Counted from the stretch's first letter, positions 1 to 9,338 are shown. The stretch: 64,000 nucleotides of DNA from Patescibacteria group bacterium (GCA_038063735.1 JBBTUN010000001.1:9751-73750), one strand, 5' to 3'. Notes: generated by a model not told the origin, from the sequence alone. Program-made: numbers and translations.

Positions 1-533
1 GGATCTCTTTTATGTCTATCTAGGGGGAAATTACCCCTTTCGTTGGCAATTTCCAGCATTGCCCTGTACCCAAATTTGGATAGCTTGCCAAAATTTTTAT
101 CTTTTTTAACCTCGAAGTAGACATTGCCATGGGACTCGTACGCCAGTTTTTTAATTAAGAGTTTTTTTATAATGGCGATCATTTTTTCTATGTTGTCTGT
201 TGCTTTGGGGTAATAATCCGGACGAAGTGTGCCCAGTGCATCCATGTTTTTTAAGTGCTTTTCTGTTTCACTTTCTCCAAGTTTTTTCCAGGTTGTACCA
301 ACTGCCTTGGCTCTTATTAAAATATCATCGTCAATATCTGTTACATTTTGTACATAAGTTACATGTGCCCCCAAAAAACGCAGGTAACGAATTAACGCGT
401 CGTAAGTGATAAATGTAAAAGCATGGCCTAGGTGAGTAGTATCGTAGGGCGTAATACCGCATACGTAAATACTTATCTTTTCTCTTAAATTTAACGTCTC
501 CAGTTTTTCAGAGTAAGTATTGTACAGTTTCAT
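1..533 (-). CDS. cysS: cysteine--tRNA ligase, N-terminal ~177 aa; the gene runs off the window start
   Basis: Manual reverse translation from ATG at 533 gives MKLYNTYSEKLETLNLREKISIYVCGITPYDTTHLGHAFTFITYDALIRYLRFLGAHVTYVQNVTDIDDDIL..., which is the CysRS HIGH-region architecture. It is absent from the ORF track because there is no stop codon inside the window. Its ATG overlaps the stop of the upstream PIG-L gene (ATGA). Confidence 0.8.
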   Translation of the reverse strand, partial: MKLYNTYSEKLETLNLREKISIYVCGITPYDTTHLGHAFTFITYDALIRYLRFLGAHVTYVQNVTDIDDDILIRAKAVGTTWKKLGESETEKHLKNMDALGTLRPDYYPKATDNIEKMIAIIKKLLIKKLAYESHGNVYFEVKKDKNFGKLSKFGYRAMLEIANERGNFPLDRHKRD

Positions 534-1201
534 TTATTTAGGATAAGAAAGTACTCCTCCTTGGAGAGGCCTTCGTTTCTTTTTAAAATGGTTTTTGCGT
601 CTTCTTTTTGAGATTTATGTGCGCTGATGGCGCCAATTTTTTGATTCCAAACGTTGCTTATGTCAACGACTTTGTCTACATCTTTTTTTGAATATCCAGG
701 TGGAAAATAGATGAAATAATGTTCCATGTGGGCTGCAGCTTTTTTGTCTATGCAGTAATACATTAAGGTTTTTATAAATTTTAGTTTTTTAAATACGAAT
801 GTTGTGGCTAAAGACACCATTATATGGTCTATGTGGCCGGAAACACCGAGCGGTTCGGCAGTCATGATAACTTCAGGATTTAGTTCTTTAAATTTTTCTT
901 CTATTTTTGCGGTAAGCTTGTGGTACAAATTATTGCAAAGCGTACCATCTTTAAAGCCCAAGAAAAAAACTTTCTTAACTCCTAATACGTTTGCAGATGA
1001 TAAAAGCTCATTTTGACGTACTTGCGCTATCTTTTTGTCTTTTCCGCCTTCTTCACCTTTTGTTGCACACAAAAGATAAATATCATGAGTTTGAGAATAT
1101 AAAGCGATTGTCCCTGCCGGCCCAAAGGCTTCGTCATCCGGATGAGCAAAAACGGCGACCAAAACGGGTCTATTTTTGTTTTTCTGCCTGTTCGATTGCA
1201 T
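530..1201 (-). CDS. PIG-L/LmbE family N-acetylglucosaminyl deacetylase
   Basis: 223 aa with VFAHPDDEAFGPAG, the LmbE/PIG-L signature. Sits between gltX and cysS and overlaps both. Confidence 0.8.
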   Translation of the reverse strand: MQSNRQKNKNRPVLVAVFAHPDDEAFGPAGTIALYSQTHDIYLLCATKGEEGGKDKKIAQVRQNELLSSANVLGVKKVFFLGFKDGTLCNNLYHKLTAKIEEKFKELNPEVIMTAEPLGVSGHIDHIMVSLATTFVFKKLKFIKTLMYYCIDKKAAAHMEHYFIYFPPGYSKKDVDKVVDISNVWNQKIGAISAHKSQKEDAKTILKRNEGLSKEEYFLILNK

Positions 1202-2450
1202 TTTCTAGCTTATCTGAAAGTTTATTACCAATGATGTTTGCCATATCTAGTAGAGGAAGAAAATATTTACGCCCAGAAATTGACCTGCCGATTAATTGAA
1301 TAATTTCCGTCATGGACCAGTTCGAGTAGTCTTCGTCTAGTTTTTTGTAAACGGATCGAATTGTTTCGTCTTTAACAACTTTGAGGTTAGATAGCAGACG
1401 TAGTGCTGATCTTAAAACATCGATTGCATCATCATGGAACATAAGCAAGTTCCTATCAATTTTTGGTTGTTTTATTAAATATTGATAGTCACTGAAATCA
1501 TTTATTTTTTTTACGCGTGTGTACGTTGATTCTATTATCTTGTCAGCCAAAATGTCTGAGAATCCAGTTTTATCCTGAACTAGTTTTTTTAAATGATGGT
1601 TATCCTCTTCGTAAATTTTTCTTATCCACTGCCCATTGAACCAATCGAGTTTTTCCAGATTGAAAACGGGGCTATTTTTATTAATGCGCTCCAGAGAAAA
1701 TTCGCTGCAAAGCTGGTCTAGCGAAAATATTTCCTGGTCACCTTTGGGCGACCAACCTAATAGAACCATGAAATTGATAAGGGCTTCGGGTAGATATCCT
1801 TCGTTTATGTATTCCATGACCGATTTTGCACCATCGCGTTTTGAAAGTTTTTTGTGGTCAGGACCTAAAATGGGAGGCAGATGAGCAAATTCCGGTGCTT
1901 TCCAGTCGAATGCGTCGTAAAGAAGCAAGTGTTTGGGGGTTGAAGAAATCCACTCGTCACCGCGCAGGACATGTGAAATCTCCATTAAATGATCATCAAC
2001 AACCGATGCGAAATGGTATGTTGGAAATCCGTCCGATTTGATGATGATAAAATCTTCCAGTACATTTGTTGGAAATTCTACCTGGCCATGAACAAGATCT
2101 TGCCAGCCAATTTTTGGATCTGATGCGTTGATTTTAAAGCGCCACGCACCATCATCAAGATAAGCCAATTTTTTTTCTTTTAAAATTTCTAAATGTTTTT
2201 GGTAAATATCCAAACGCTTAGATTGATAAATAATTTCCCCGTCATAAAGAAGGCCTAGTAGTTTTAAGCTTTGTTGGATTTTTTCGACTGCCCCAGGGAC
2301 AATGCGGGCTTGATCAGTGTCTTCTATCCTCAGAAAAAATTGGCCATTTTTACTCTTGGCAAAAAGAAAGTTAAAAAGGGCCGTCCTGATATTACCTATA
2401 TGGGGAATGCCCGTAGGTGAGGGGCCATATCTGACTTTTATGTTATCCAT
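1170..2450 (-). CDS. gltX: glutamate--tRNA ligase
   Basis: PSPTGIPHIGNIRTALFNF is the class-I HIGH motif and KLSKRDG is the KMSKS-type motif. Confidence 0.85.
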   Translation of the reverse strand: MDNIKVRYGPSPTGIPHIGNIRTALFNFLFAKSKNGQFFLRIEDTDQARIVPGAVEKIQQSLKLLGLLYDGEIIYQSKRLDIYQKHLEILKEKKLAYLDDGAWRFKINASDPKIGWQDLVHGQVEFPTNVLEDFIIIKSDGFPTYHFASVVDDHLMEISHVLRGDEWISSTPKHLLLYDAFDWKAPEFAHLPPILGPDHKKLSKRDGAKSVMEYINEGYLPEALINFMVLLGWSPKGDQEIFSLDQLCSEFSLERINKNSPVFNLEKLDWFNGQWIRKIYEEDNHHLKKLVQDKTGFSDILADKIIESTYTRVKKINDFSDYQYLIKQPKIDRNLLMFHDDAIDVLRSALRLLSNLKVVKDETIRSVYKKLDEDYSNWSMTEIIQLIGRSISGRKYFLPLLDMANIIGNKLSDKLENAIEQAEKQK

Positions 2451-2522
2451 GCTTTTAATTGACCGGCATAACGCCTCAGGTTAGAATTGTATCAGCTGGA
2501 ATTATTTTACTCAATTTAAAAA

Positions 2523-3554
2523 ATGGCTAACCTGACCCTTACTGCCTTGTACACAAAAAAGTTCTTCTTTGGTTTTTTGTTATTTCTGGGCGGGCTTGTA
2601 GTACTGCTTATATTTTTCAATTTAGGCCAGAGTGCAATGAATATGTTTTTTCCTCCTAAACCTGCCCCAGCACTAGTTGCATTTGGGAAATTGCCGAAGA
2701 TAAATTTAGATGAAGGTATAAAGCCCGCCAGCGATATAACTTATAAAATAGAGACAGTTAGCGGCGGCTTAAAAGAGCTTGGTGCTCAACTTAAGGTTTT
2801 TGCAATTGGTTCGCCTAACGCAAAGTTTGGGGATCTGGAAGGTGCCAACTTTCGCGCAGAAGGCCTACAATTCGATATTCCACCCATTGGGGTAATCGGT
2901 GGTGTTGCAACATATGGCAATAAAAGAGATCGCAGTAAAACTTTGGAGATTGAACTAACAAGTGGGAATACTATTATCAATAGTGACTACCTTAACAATC
3001 AGCAGCTTATAACCTCACAGCCCAAGGATGATGCCAGCTCTTTGCTTCTTACAAAAAAGTTTCTAGATACAGTGGGAATTAAAAATATTGAGTACCCGAG
3101 TAGCAAAGTTGAACATATAAAATACAAAATAGATGATGGAAAATTAACGGAGTCTTTTTCTTTATCGGGCGCAAATCTTGTTCAGGTTAATTTTAACAGG
3201 GCTGATATTGACGGGGTTGGGGTTGTATATTCAAATTACAGAAAACCTAAAATTAGAATTTTAGTTTCTAAGGATTCGGTTGTTGCAGCAAAGGCTAATA
3301 TTACAAAAATACAGGAGTTTAAATTTTCCACCTATCCACTACGGGGCGTACAAAGTGCTTTTTCCGATTTAAAAAATGGCGGGGCAATGTTTAATAAAAA
3401 ATTTGACGGCAAAGAATTCGCTATTCGGGATGTTAAGCTTGCATATTTGGACACCGATAGCACTCAGCAATACCTGCAACCTGTTTATGTGTTTGAAAGC
3501 GATGAAGGACTGGCAGCTTATGTTGTGGCAGTCGATGGTACCTGGTTAAAGTAA
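2523..3554 (+). CDS. hypothetical membrane-anchored protein
   Basis: 343-aa ORF with an N-terminal TM helix (FFFGFLLFLGGLVVLLIFF). I recognise no motif. Confidence 0.5.
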   Translation: MANLTLTALYTKKFFFGFLLFLGGLVVLLIFFNLGQSAMNMFFPPKPAPALVAFGKLPKINLDEGIKPASDITYKIETVSGGLKELGAQLKVFAIGSPNAKFGDLEGANFRAEGLQFDIPPIGVIGGVATYGNKRDRSKTLEIELTSGNTIINSDYLNNQQLITSQPKDDASSLLLTKKFLDTVGIKNIEYPSSKVEHIKYKIDDGKLTESFSLSGANLVQVNFNRADIDGVGVVYSNYRKPKIRILVSKDSVVAAKANITKIQEFKFSTYPLRGVQSAFSDLKNGGAMFNKKFDGKEFAIRDVKLAYLDTDSTQQYLQPVYVFESDEGLAAYVVAVDGTWLK

Positions 3555-3561
3555 CTCTTAA

Positions 3562-4467
3562 TTACTTTGGCCAAACGTAATTTGCAAACGCCCATTCTAT
3601 CAGGCTTTTGGACTCACCAAATCTGTCTTTTGAACCTAAAACGGAAACTATTATTCCGTTTTCACCTCTTACGGTTTTTGTAATAAGTATTTCAAGGGAT
3701 CCGTCCGTTTCGCCGGTTTTAACTCCTTCTAAGCCATCTACAACTCCAAGTAATTTATTTACGTTTTCCAGATAGTAGGTTTTTAGTCCAGTTGTATCGG
3801 TGACCACAGTACTTTTTGTTTTAACGATTTTGGCAATTAGGGGGTTAGCTGTTGCAACGCGCGCTAGTTTTGCCAAATCCATGGAAGTTGAGTATTGAAG
3901 TTCGTTATCAAAACCGGCTGGGTTAACAAAATGGGTTTCGTTCATATCCAGTTCTTGTGCTTTATTGTTCATTTCCGCAATAAAATTTTCGTAACTATCA
4001 CCGCAGTTTTCTGCCAAGGCAAATGCGGAATCGTTTCCAGAATTAATTAGAAGACCATATAATAGATTCTCTGCCGTAATTTCATCTCCCTGACTAAGTC
4101 CCATTTGGCTTCCTATCGTTTCCACCCGTTTTACAGTTAATTTATCATGAGGAGCGCATTTTTCAAGCGCGGCTATTGCTGTCATCAGTTTTGTGGTTGA
4201 CGCCGGCAGATGTCTAAGATGAGGATTTTTTCCGTAGAGCATTGACCCCGTTTTAAAATCCAGGATCACAGCTGATCGTGCGCTTATTACCGGTGCTTCC
4301 GTAAAGGCTGTGCTGCGCTGCGGGGACGCCTGTTCTTTTGAAATAGTTGTTTCCAGTTGATTTGCTTTAGCAATAGGTAAATAGTCGCTTAGGTTGACCC
4401 GCGGCAAGATAACAGCAAGAGCACTCGCAGCGACAATAATTATTGCAATGGTAATTCTGGCTATCAC
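3562..4467 (-). CDS. D-alanyl-D-alanine carboxypeptidase (peptidase S11, PBP5-like)
   Basis: Carries the SxxK (ASTTK), SxN (SGND) and KTG (GVKTGET) motifs, plus an N-terminal TM/signal sequence. Confidence 0.8.
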   Translation of the reverse strand: MIARITIAIIIVAASALAVILPRVNLSDYLPIAKANQLETTISKEQASPQRSTAFTEAPVISARSAVILDFKTGSMLYGKNPHLRHLPASTTKLMTAIAALEKCAPHDKLTVKRVETIGSQMGLSQGDEITAENLLYGLLINSGNDSAFALAENCGDSYENFIAEMNNKAQELDMNETHFVNPAGFDNELQYSTSMDLAKLARVATANPLIAKIVKTKSTVVTDTTGLKTYYLENVNKLLGVVDGLEGVKTGETDGSLEILITKTVRGENGIIVSVLGSKDRFGESKSLIEWAFANYVWPK

Positions 4468-5792
4468 TATTTAATAAGTGTAGATAATCTAACGTCAACG
4501 CGTTCCATGTCCCTTGGAAAAAGAGACGCTTCCCTGACGTTCCCAAGTTCCAAAATATGCATAGTTAATCGTTCCAGACCGAACGAGAAACCACCCTCCG
4601 GAGGCATCCCATATTTAAACGCTTGAAGGTACATTTCAAAGCTTTTAGTGTCCATGCCTTTTGCTTTTATGGCATCCACCAGCTTTTTATAATCGTTAAT
4701 TCTCTGGCTTCCACTTAATACCTCCACGCCACGAAAAAGCAAGTCGTAGCTTAAGCTGTACTGGGGGTTATCGGGATCCGGCATTGTGTAAAAAGGTTTT
4801 GCGGCCATTGGAAACTTTGTGATAGTTACAAAATCACTTTTATACTTGGTAAGTGCCCATTTGCAGATATCAACCTCATCTTGAGGTGCCAAATCTTTTT
4901 CTTTTCTACTGTCCCTTTTAAATTCTTTAAAAATAACTTCCTGGGCTTCGCGAAGTGTCAATCTTGGTATTTTTCCAAAAGCAATCGGTTTTAATTTGTA
5001 ATCTTTAAATACGTCCACACAGCTCTCTTGGACATACTTAAGCATTGTAATTGCAACTTCTTCGAGCATATCGAGTAAGTCTTCAAATGTTGCAAACCCT
5101 ATTTCGCAGTCAAGTTGAGTTGCCTCTGACAAATGACGAGTTGTTACGGAGGGTTCGGCACGGTAAGCGTGAGCAATTGTAAATACTCTTTCAAAAACTG
5201 GTACAAGCATTTGTTTATAAAGTTGTGGACTTTGAGTCATGTAGGCTTTGTGGCCATAATAGTCGACTTTAAAAACCTCTGCCCCGCCTTCTGTTGCGGA
5301 GGCCGCAATAGTTGGCACAAAAATTTCTGTACAATCTAAGTTTTTGGCTGCTTTTCTGAAACCATCGACTATTGCTGCTTGCACTTTAAAGATAGATTTA
5401 ACCTGTGGGTGGCGAAGGGTTAGGGCGCGAAAGTCCAAAAGCGTTGGCAGCTGCAGGTCCAAATCGAGCGCACCCATATCGAAAGGTAACTCCTGCGCCC
5501 TTGACAATATTTCTACAAGACGAGCCTTTATTTCAACTTTGCCTGTTGGTAATTTTTCGTTTACAGTCGGCGTTGGCCTGTTTTGGACATTGCCTTCAAC
5601 TTTTACTACAAATTGCGGTCTTAGCTGGGACAGGTCCTCGCTTTTACCAACAACCTGGATCAGGTCTGTCATATCGTAAATATCAACAAAAGTGATTTTT
5701 CCATGATCACGGACAGTGTGGACCCATCCTTCTATTTGCACTTCTTTGCCGGATAACTGCGCCGTTTCTTTTATTAATGTTCGTTTCATCAA
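4467..5792 (-). CDS. aspS: aspartate--tRNA ligase, archaeal/eukaryal-type class IIb (possibly AsnRS)
   Basis: 441 aa with class II motifs FRGVEVLSGSQR and GMPPEGGFSFGLERL. The size fits the type-2 AspRS. The TTG at 5792 is followed immediately by ATG at 5789, which is the likely start. Confidence 0.75.
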   Translation of the reverse strand: MMKRTLIKETAQLSGKEVQIEGWVHTVRDHGKITFVDIYDMTDLIQVVGKSEDLSQLRPQFVVKVEGNVQNRPTPTVNEKLPTGKVEIKARLVEILSRAQELPFDMGALDLDLQLPTLLDFRALTLRHPQVKSIFKVQAAIVDGFRKAAKNLDCTEIFVPTIAASATEGGAEVFKVDYYGHKAYMTQSPQLYKQMLVPVFERVFTIAHAYRAEPSVTTRHLSEATQLDCEIGFATFEDLLDMLEEVAITMLKYVQESCVDVFKDYKLKPIAFGKIPRLTLREAQEVIFKEFKRDSRKEKDLAPQDEVDICKWALTKYKSDFVTITKFPMAAKPFYTMPDPDNPQYSLSYDLLFRGVEVLSGSQRINDYKKLVDAIKAKGMDTKSFEMYLQAFKYGMPPEGGFSFGLERLTMHILELGNVREASLFPRDMERVDVRLSTLIK

Positions 5793-5796
5793 ATGA

Positions 5797-5826
5797 ATTC
5801 TAACTTAAAAACACTTTGCTTGACAA
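5797..5826 (-). promoter_or_regulatory. candidate sigma70 promoter for aspS (TTGTCA-N18-TAGAAT), predicting a leaderless or near-leaderless mRNA
   Basis: Read on the minus strand: -35 at 5826..5821 and -10 at 5802..5797, with the start codon 7-10 nt downstream. Confidence 0.4.
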
Positions 5827-5849
5827 TTTATTTTTACGAGGAGTAGAAT
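5820..5849 (+). promoter_or_regulatory. candidate sigma70 promoter (TTGACA-N18-TAGAAT) facing away from aspS
   Basis: Consensus -35 TTGACA at 5820-5825 and -10 TAGAAT at 5844-5849. The -35 overlaps, palindromically, the -35 of the divergent aspS promoter. Confidence 0.45.
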
Positions 5850-5855
5850 TTCCGG

Positions 5856-5985
5856 TATGGTTCTCGTGTCAATTTGTATTGATCTCCTACTAGTATGTCT
5901 CTTGCTTGGCAAGAGGTTGGGGGAGGTTATGGCTTAAAATAGGGCCAAATCAAAAAAGGAGCCTCCCAAGCGGGAGGTTTTTTTA
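5856..5985 (+). ncRNA. candidate small RNA or leader (~130 nt) bounded by a consensus promoter and an intrinsic terminator
   Basis: No ORF lies between the promoter and the terminator. An internal hairpin CTCTTGC-ttgg-CAAGAG is present at about 5899-5917. Confidence 0.35.
5957..5985. terminator. bidirectional rho-independent terminator
   Basis: GGAGCCTCCC-aagc-GGGAGG stem followed by T7, and preceded by an A6 run, so it is a hairpin plus U-tract on both strands. Confidence 0.6.
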
Positions 5986-6030
5986 TGCTTTCGACATGGA
6001 GTCTCAGGCTAAAGGAAAAAGGAGTATTAA

Positions 6031-6198
6031 ATGAAGGAAGGTTTTGAGTATTTTAGACAAGAAATAGATAAGAAGCTGGAGCTAGAACGGGATGCAAAGT
6101 TGTTGGTAAGGGGTCAGGGTCAATTATTAAAAAGAGTGGGAGAAATTGTAGAGTTTGAGTGGAGAAAGCGTGAAAGAAAATTGACTGATGTCGTATGA
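6031..6198 (+). CDS. small hypothetical protein (55 aa, charged/helical)
   Basis: ATG at 6031 preceded by AAAGGAG. Sequence MKEGFEYFRQEIDKKLELERDAKLLVRGQGQLLKRVGEIVEFEWRKRERKLTDVV. Below the ORF-track size cut-off. Confidence 0.3.
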   Translation: MKEGFEYFRQEIDKKLELERDAKLLVRGQGQLLKRVGEIVEFEWRKRERKLTDVV

Positions 6199-6208
6199 AG
6201 GGAGTTTT

Positions 6209-7840
6209 TTAGCCACTTGCTTGAATGTCTTGTATCTTAAGTTGCAAGCTGCCATCGCCGGCGTAAGTGTCTTCACTTATTGTATAAACAACGTCTATAC
6301 TATCGCCAGGTCTTAGTGAGTGGCCAAATTCACCCTTGTTAAACCCTATTGCAGAAAACCCATCTAATTGCAGTTTTAGATGCTGATTAGCAGGGCCTAC
6401 TGTACGGATATCTTCTATGACCATATTTCTTGTTAAAAATACGGGTTGGGGGTTACCCATTCCATATGGCTCGAACATTTTTATTATTTTAAAATTATGG
6501 GCATTTATATCATCTGTTTTTAGAACACATTCAATGTTAATGACTGGGGTAAGAATTTCGTCTGTTATTATGGTTTGGGCATAAACATTGATTTTGCTTG
6601 TAAATGCTTCGATATGTTTTGTTTCTATTGTAAAACCAGCGGCCATCGGATGGCCCCCCGCGTCTATCAAAAATTTGCTTGATGCACGGATTGCCTCAAC
6701 TATATTGAAACCAGGAATTGACCGCGCCGAGCCTTTTGAAAAAGTATCCCCAATGGATATGACAATCATTGGCCTGTGGTGCTTTTCTACAAGTCGGGAC
6801 GCGACTAGCCCTATTACACCTTCGTGCCACTGTGAATGCGCGACTACTCCGATTAAATGTTCCCCTTTCACTAGGGATAAAGCTCCTTCTATTGCACCTG
6901 TAGTTAAACCCTGTCTTCTAGTATTTGTCTTTGCAAGAAGTGTTGCCAGTTTATCGGCCTGCTCCTGGTTTTTGGCACATATTAAGCGAAGAGATTCCAG
7001 GCCGTGCTCTATTCTGCCCATGGCATTGATGCGAGGGGCTAGGATGTGGCCAATTTCGTAAGTTCCAACCGGGCCGGTAATTCCCGAGTTTTTAATAAGA
7101 CTTTTGATACCTGGCCGCTTTGTTCTTGAGAGCTGGTCAAGCCCCAGCTTTACAATTGCCCGACAGGCACCGTTTAGGGGTACAAGATCTGCAATCGTAG
7201 CGATTGCTGCCAGTTCCAGTTTTTCTAAAAGATTGTTTTCGTATGATGGCTTGTATTTTTTAACCAGTTCCCAGCAAAACCTCCAGGCAACGCCTGCACC
7301 ACATAAATCGGTTGTGTGCACCAAGGCGCACGCTTTTGGCGTTTCTTTTGGAAGAACGTGATGGTCTGTAATTACAACATCAACACCTAATTTATTGGCG
7401 GCCTCAACTTGTTTTACAGCTGTCACCCCGTGGTCGACTGTAATAATTAGGCTGACGCCACTTTTGGCAAGCCCTTCAATTGCCTCTATTGACAGACCAT
7501 ACCCTTCTTTTATTCTGTGTGGAACATAAGGCATAACATCTGCACCCAAGTCGTATAGGGTTTCCCACATGATTGCCGTTGCGGTTATACCGTCTGCATC
7601 ATAGTCAGAATAGACAACAGTTTTTTCCTTGTTTTTGATTGCCTTAACGACTCTTTTGAGACCTTTATCAAGATCACTAATCTGTGTGTTGATAATTTGA
7701 TCCAGACTAGGGTTCAAATAATCTTCTACGCTTTTTTTTGATGTCAGGCCTCTATTTGCGGTAAGAGTAGTAAGCAACCAATCTTTTTCCCGATAATTGG
7801 GGTTTGTATTTTTTATTCTCCAGATGTTTTGATTTGACAT
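6209..7840 (-). CDS. recJ: single-stranded-DNA-specific exonuclease RecJ
   Basis: DHH and DHHA1 motifs (ITVDHGVTA, VVITDHHV). 543 aa. Confidence 0.85.
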   Translation of the reverse strand: MSNQNIWRIKNTNPNYREKDWLLTTLTANRGLTSKKSVEDYLNPSLDQIINTQISDLDKGLKRVVKAIKNKEKTVVYSDYDADGITATAIMWETLYDLGADVMPYVPHRIKEGYGLSIEAIEGLAKSGVSLIITVDHGVTAVKQVEAANKLGVDVVITDHHVLPKETPKACALVHTTDLCGAGVAWRFCWELVKKYKPSYENNLLEKLELAAIATIADLVPLNGACRAIVKLGLDQLSRTKRPGIKSLIKNSGITGPVGTYEIGHILAPRINAMGRIEHGLESLRLICAKNQEQADKLATLLAKTNTRRQGLTTGAIEGALSLVKGEHLIGVVAHSQWHEGVIGLVASRLVEKHHRPMIVISIGDTFSKGSARSIPGFNIVEAIRASSKFLIDAGGHPMAAGFTIETKHIEAFTSKINVYAQTIITDEILTPVINIECVLKTDDINAHNFKIIKMFEPYGMGNPQPVFLTRNMVIEDIRTVGPANQHLKLQLDGFSAIGFNKGEFGHSLRPGDSIDVVYTISEDTYAGDGSLQLKIQDIQASG

Positions 7841-7874
7841 TCTCCCTATTCTATCAGGAAAGTTTTACTCTACG

Positions 7875-9338
7875 GTGCTTGCTCTACTGCGTGATAGAAA
7901 AATGTTATATCATTTCCATATGGACAAGTCTGTTTTAGGACTATTAGAAAAAATTGAAGGGGCCGGATTTGAGGTCGCATTAGTGGGTGGCGCTGTTCGG
8001 GATATTTTAAGTGGAGAGGAGGCTCACGATTGGGATTTTACAACAAACGCAAAGCCTGAGGAGATTTTGAAGCTCTTTGGTGATGCTTTTTATAACAATG
8101 CCTTTGGAACAGTTGGTGTTCCTATTGGCAAAAAAGTGCTGGAAATTACTACGTATAGGTCCGAAAAGGGTTACTCCGACAGCCGCCATCCTGATGCTGT
8201 TGTGTGGGGAAAAACTTTAGAGGATGATCTAAAAAGACGCGATTTCACGGTCAACGCCATGGGACTTAGGAGAGAGACAAAGGGGCAAAGGGACCCCTCG
8301 AAGAAGCTCCGGGCAAGCAAAGGGACGAGGTACATAAAGGTTGGAAGTGCTGATTGGGAAGTTGTAGATTTGTTTGGTGGGCAGGAGGATTTAAAAAATA
8401 AGATTATTCGGGCTGTTGGCGATGCAGACGAAAGGTTTAGGGAAGACGCTTTAAGAATACTACGGGCAGTAAGATTTTCAACAACATTGGGTTTTGGCAT
8501 AGAAGAGGCGACCGGTCAGGCAATTAAAAAAAATGTCCAACTTCTAGAAAAAATATCTGGTGAAAGAATCCGGGAGGAGTTGTTTAAAATCGTTGCAAGC
8601 GATAATGGTGACCGTGGATTATTCCTGGCAAGGGATACCGGCGTATTAAAAATTATTTTGCCTGAACTGGACAGATGCTTTAGCGTTGAGCAAAAAAGTC
8701 CAAAAAGGCATCACATTTACGACGTTGGAACACACTGCGTTATGAGCATGAAGAATTGCCCGAGCACAAAAAAAATTGTGCGTTTTGCAACGCTTCTTCA
8801 TGACATTGGTAAAGCTGATGTTGCAAACATTACCCAAGAAGGGATAAGAACTTTTTATAATCATGAAGTAAAAGGCGCACACAGCGCAAATAAAATTTCC
8901 GACAGGCTTCATCTTTCAAAAGATGCCAAAACTAAAGTTTTTAAATTGGTAAGGTGGCATCAATTTTCTGTTAGCGAGGACCAGACTGACCGCGCAATAA
9001 GACGCTTTATTAATAATGTTGGCCAAGACAACGTTGAGGACATGATGGATCTTAGAATTGGAGATAGGCTGGGTGGCGGCCTTGAGGAGCCGGAAAGCTG
9101 GCGACTTAAACTCTTTCGAAAAAGGATTAAAGAGGTGCTGACGAAGCCTTTTATGGTTGCTGATCTTAAGATTAACGGACGGGATGTGATGGAAGTTCTT
9201 GGGATAAAACCTGGACCAAAAGTTGGAGAGATTTTAAATATACTTTTTGAAGAGGTTGTGGATGATGAGAATAAGAATGATCGGGAATATTTGACTAAGA
9301 GAGTTAGAGAGCTGGAGAGTAATAGAGAAAAAGAGTGA
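7875..9338 (+). CDS. cca: CCA-adding tRNA nucleotidyltransferase with HD domain
   Basis: GGAVRDIL marks the Pol-beta NTase head and LLHDIGK the HD domain. The true start is probably ATG at 7902 or 7920 (MDKSVLGLL...). There is a ~35-aa basic insertion after NAMGL. Confidence 0.8.
   Translation: MLALLRDRKMLYHFHMDKSVLGLLEKIEGAGFEVALVGGAVRDILSGEEAHDWDFTTNAKPEEILKLFGDAFYNNAFGTVGVPIGKKVLEITTYRSEKGYSDSRHPDAVVWGKTLEDDLKRRDFTVNAMGLRRETKGQRDPSKKLRASKGTRYIKVGSADWEVVDLFGGQEDLKNKIIRAVGDADERFREDALRILRAVRFSTTLGFGIEEATGQAIKKNVQLLEKISGERIREELFKIVASDNGDRGLFLARDTGVLKIILPELDRCFSVEQKSPKRHHIYDVGTHCVMSMKNCPSTKKIVRFATLLHDIGKADVANITQEGIRTFYNHEVKGAHSANKISDRLHLSKDAKTKVFKLVRWHQFSVSEDQTDRAIRRFINNVGQDNVEDMMDLRIGDRLGGGLEEPESWRLKLFRKRIKEVLTKPFMVADLKINGRDVMEVLGIKPGPKVGEILNILFEEVVDDENKNDREYLTKRVRELESNREKE

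Noticed and set aside
200-409. 69-aa plus-strand ORF starting with TTG
   Set aside because: It lies antisense inside the cysS coding region and has no RBS or motif.
5133-5695. Three plus-strand ORFs (68-111 aa) inside aspS
   Set aside because: They are antisense to a well-supported aaRS gene and GC-skewed, with Ala/Arg-rich junk translations.
5793-5945. Possible T-box leader upstream of aspS
   Set aside because: No GGGUGG T-box core or specifier-loop architecture was found on the minus strand. The predicted promoter places the TSS at the start codon, so the mRNA would be leaderless.
5856-5985. SRP (4.5S) RNA or 6S RNA identity for the sRNA candidate
   Set aside because: It lacks the GGAAGCAGC domain-IV motif of SRP RNA and is too short for 6S.
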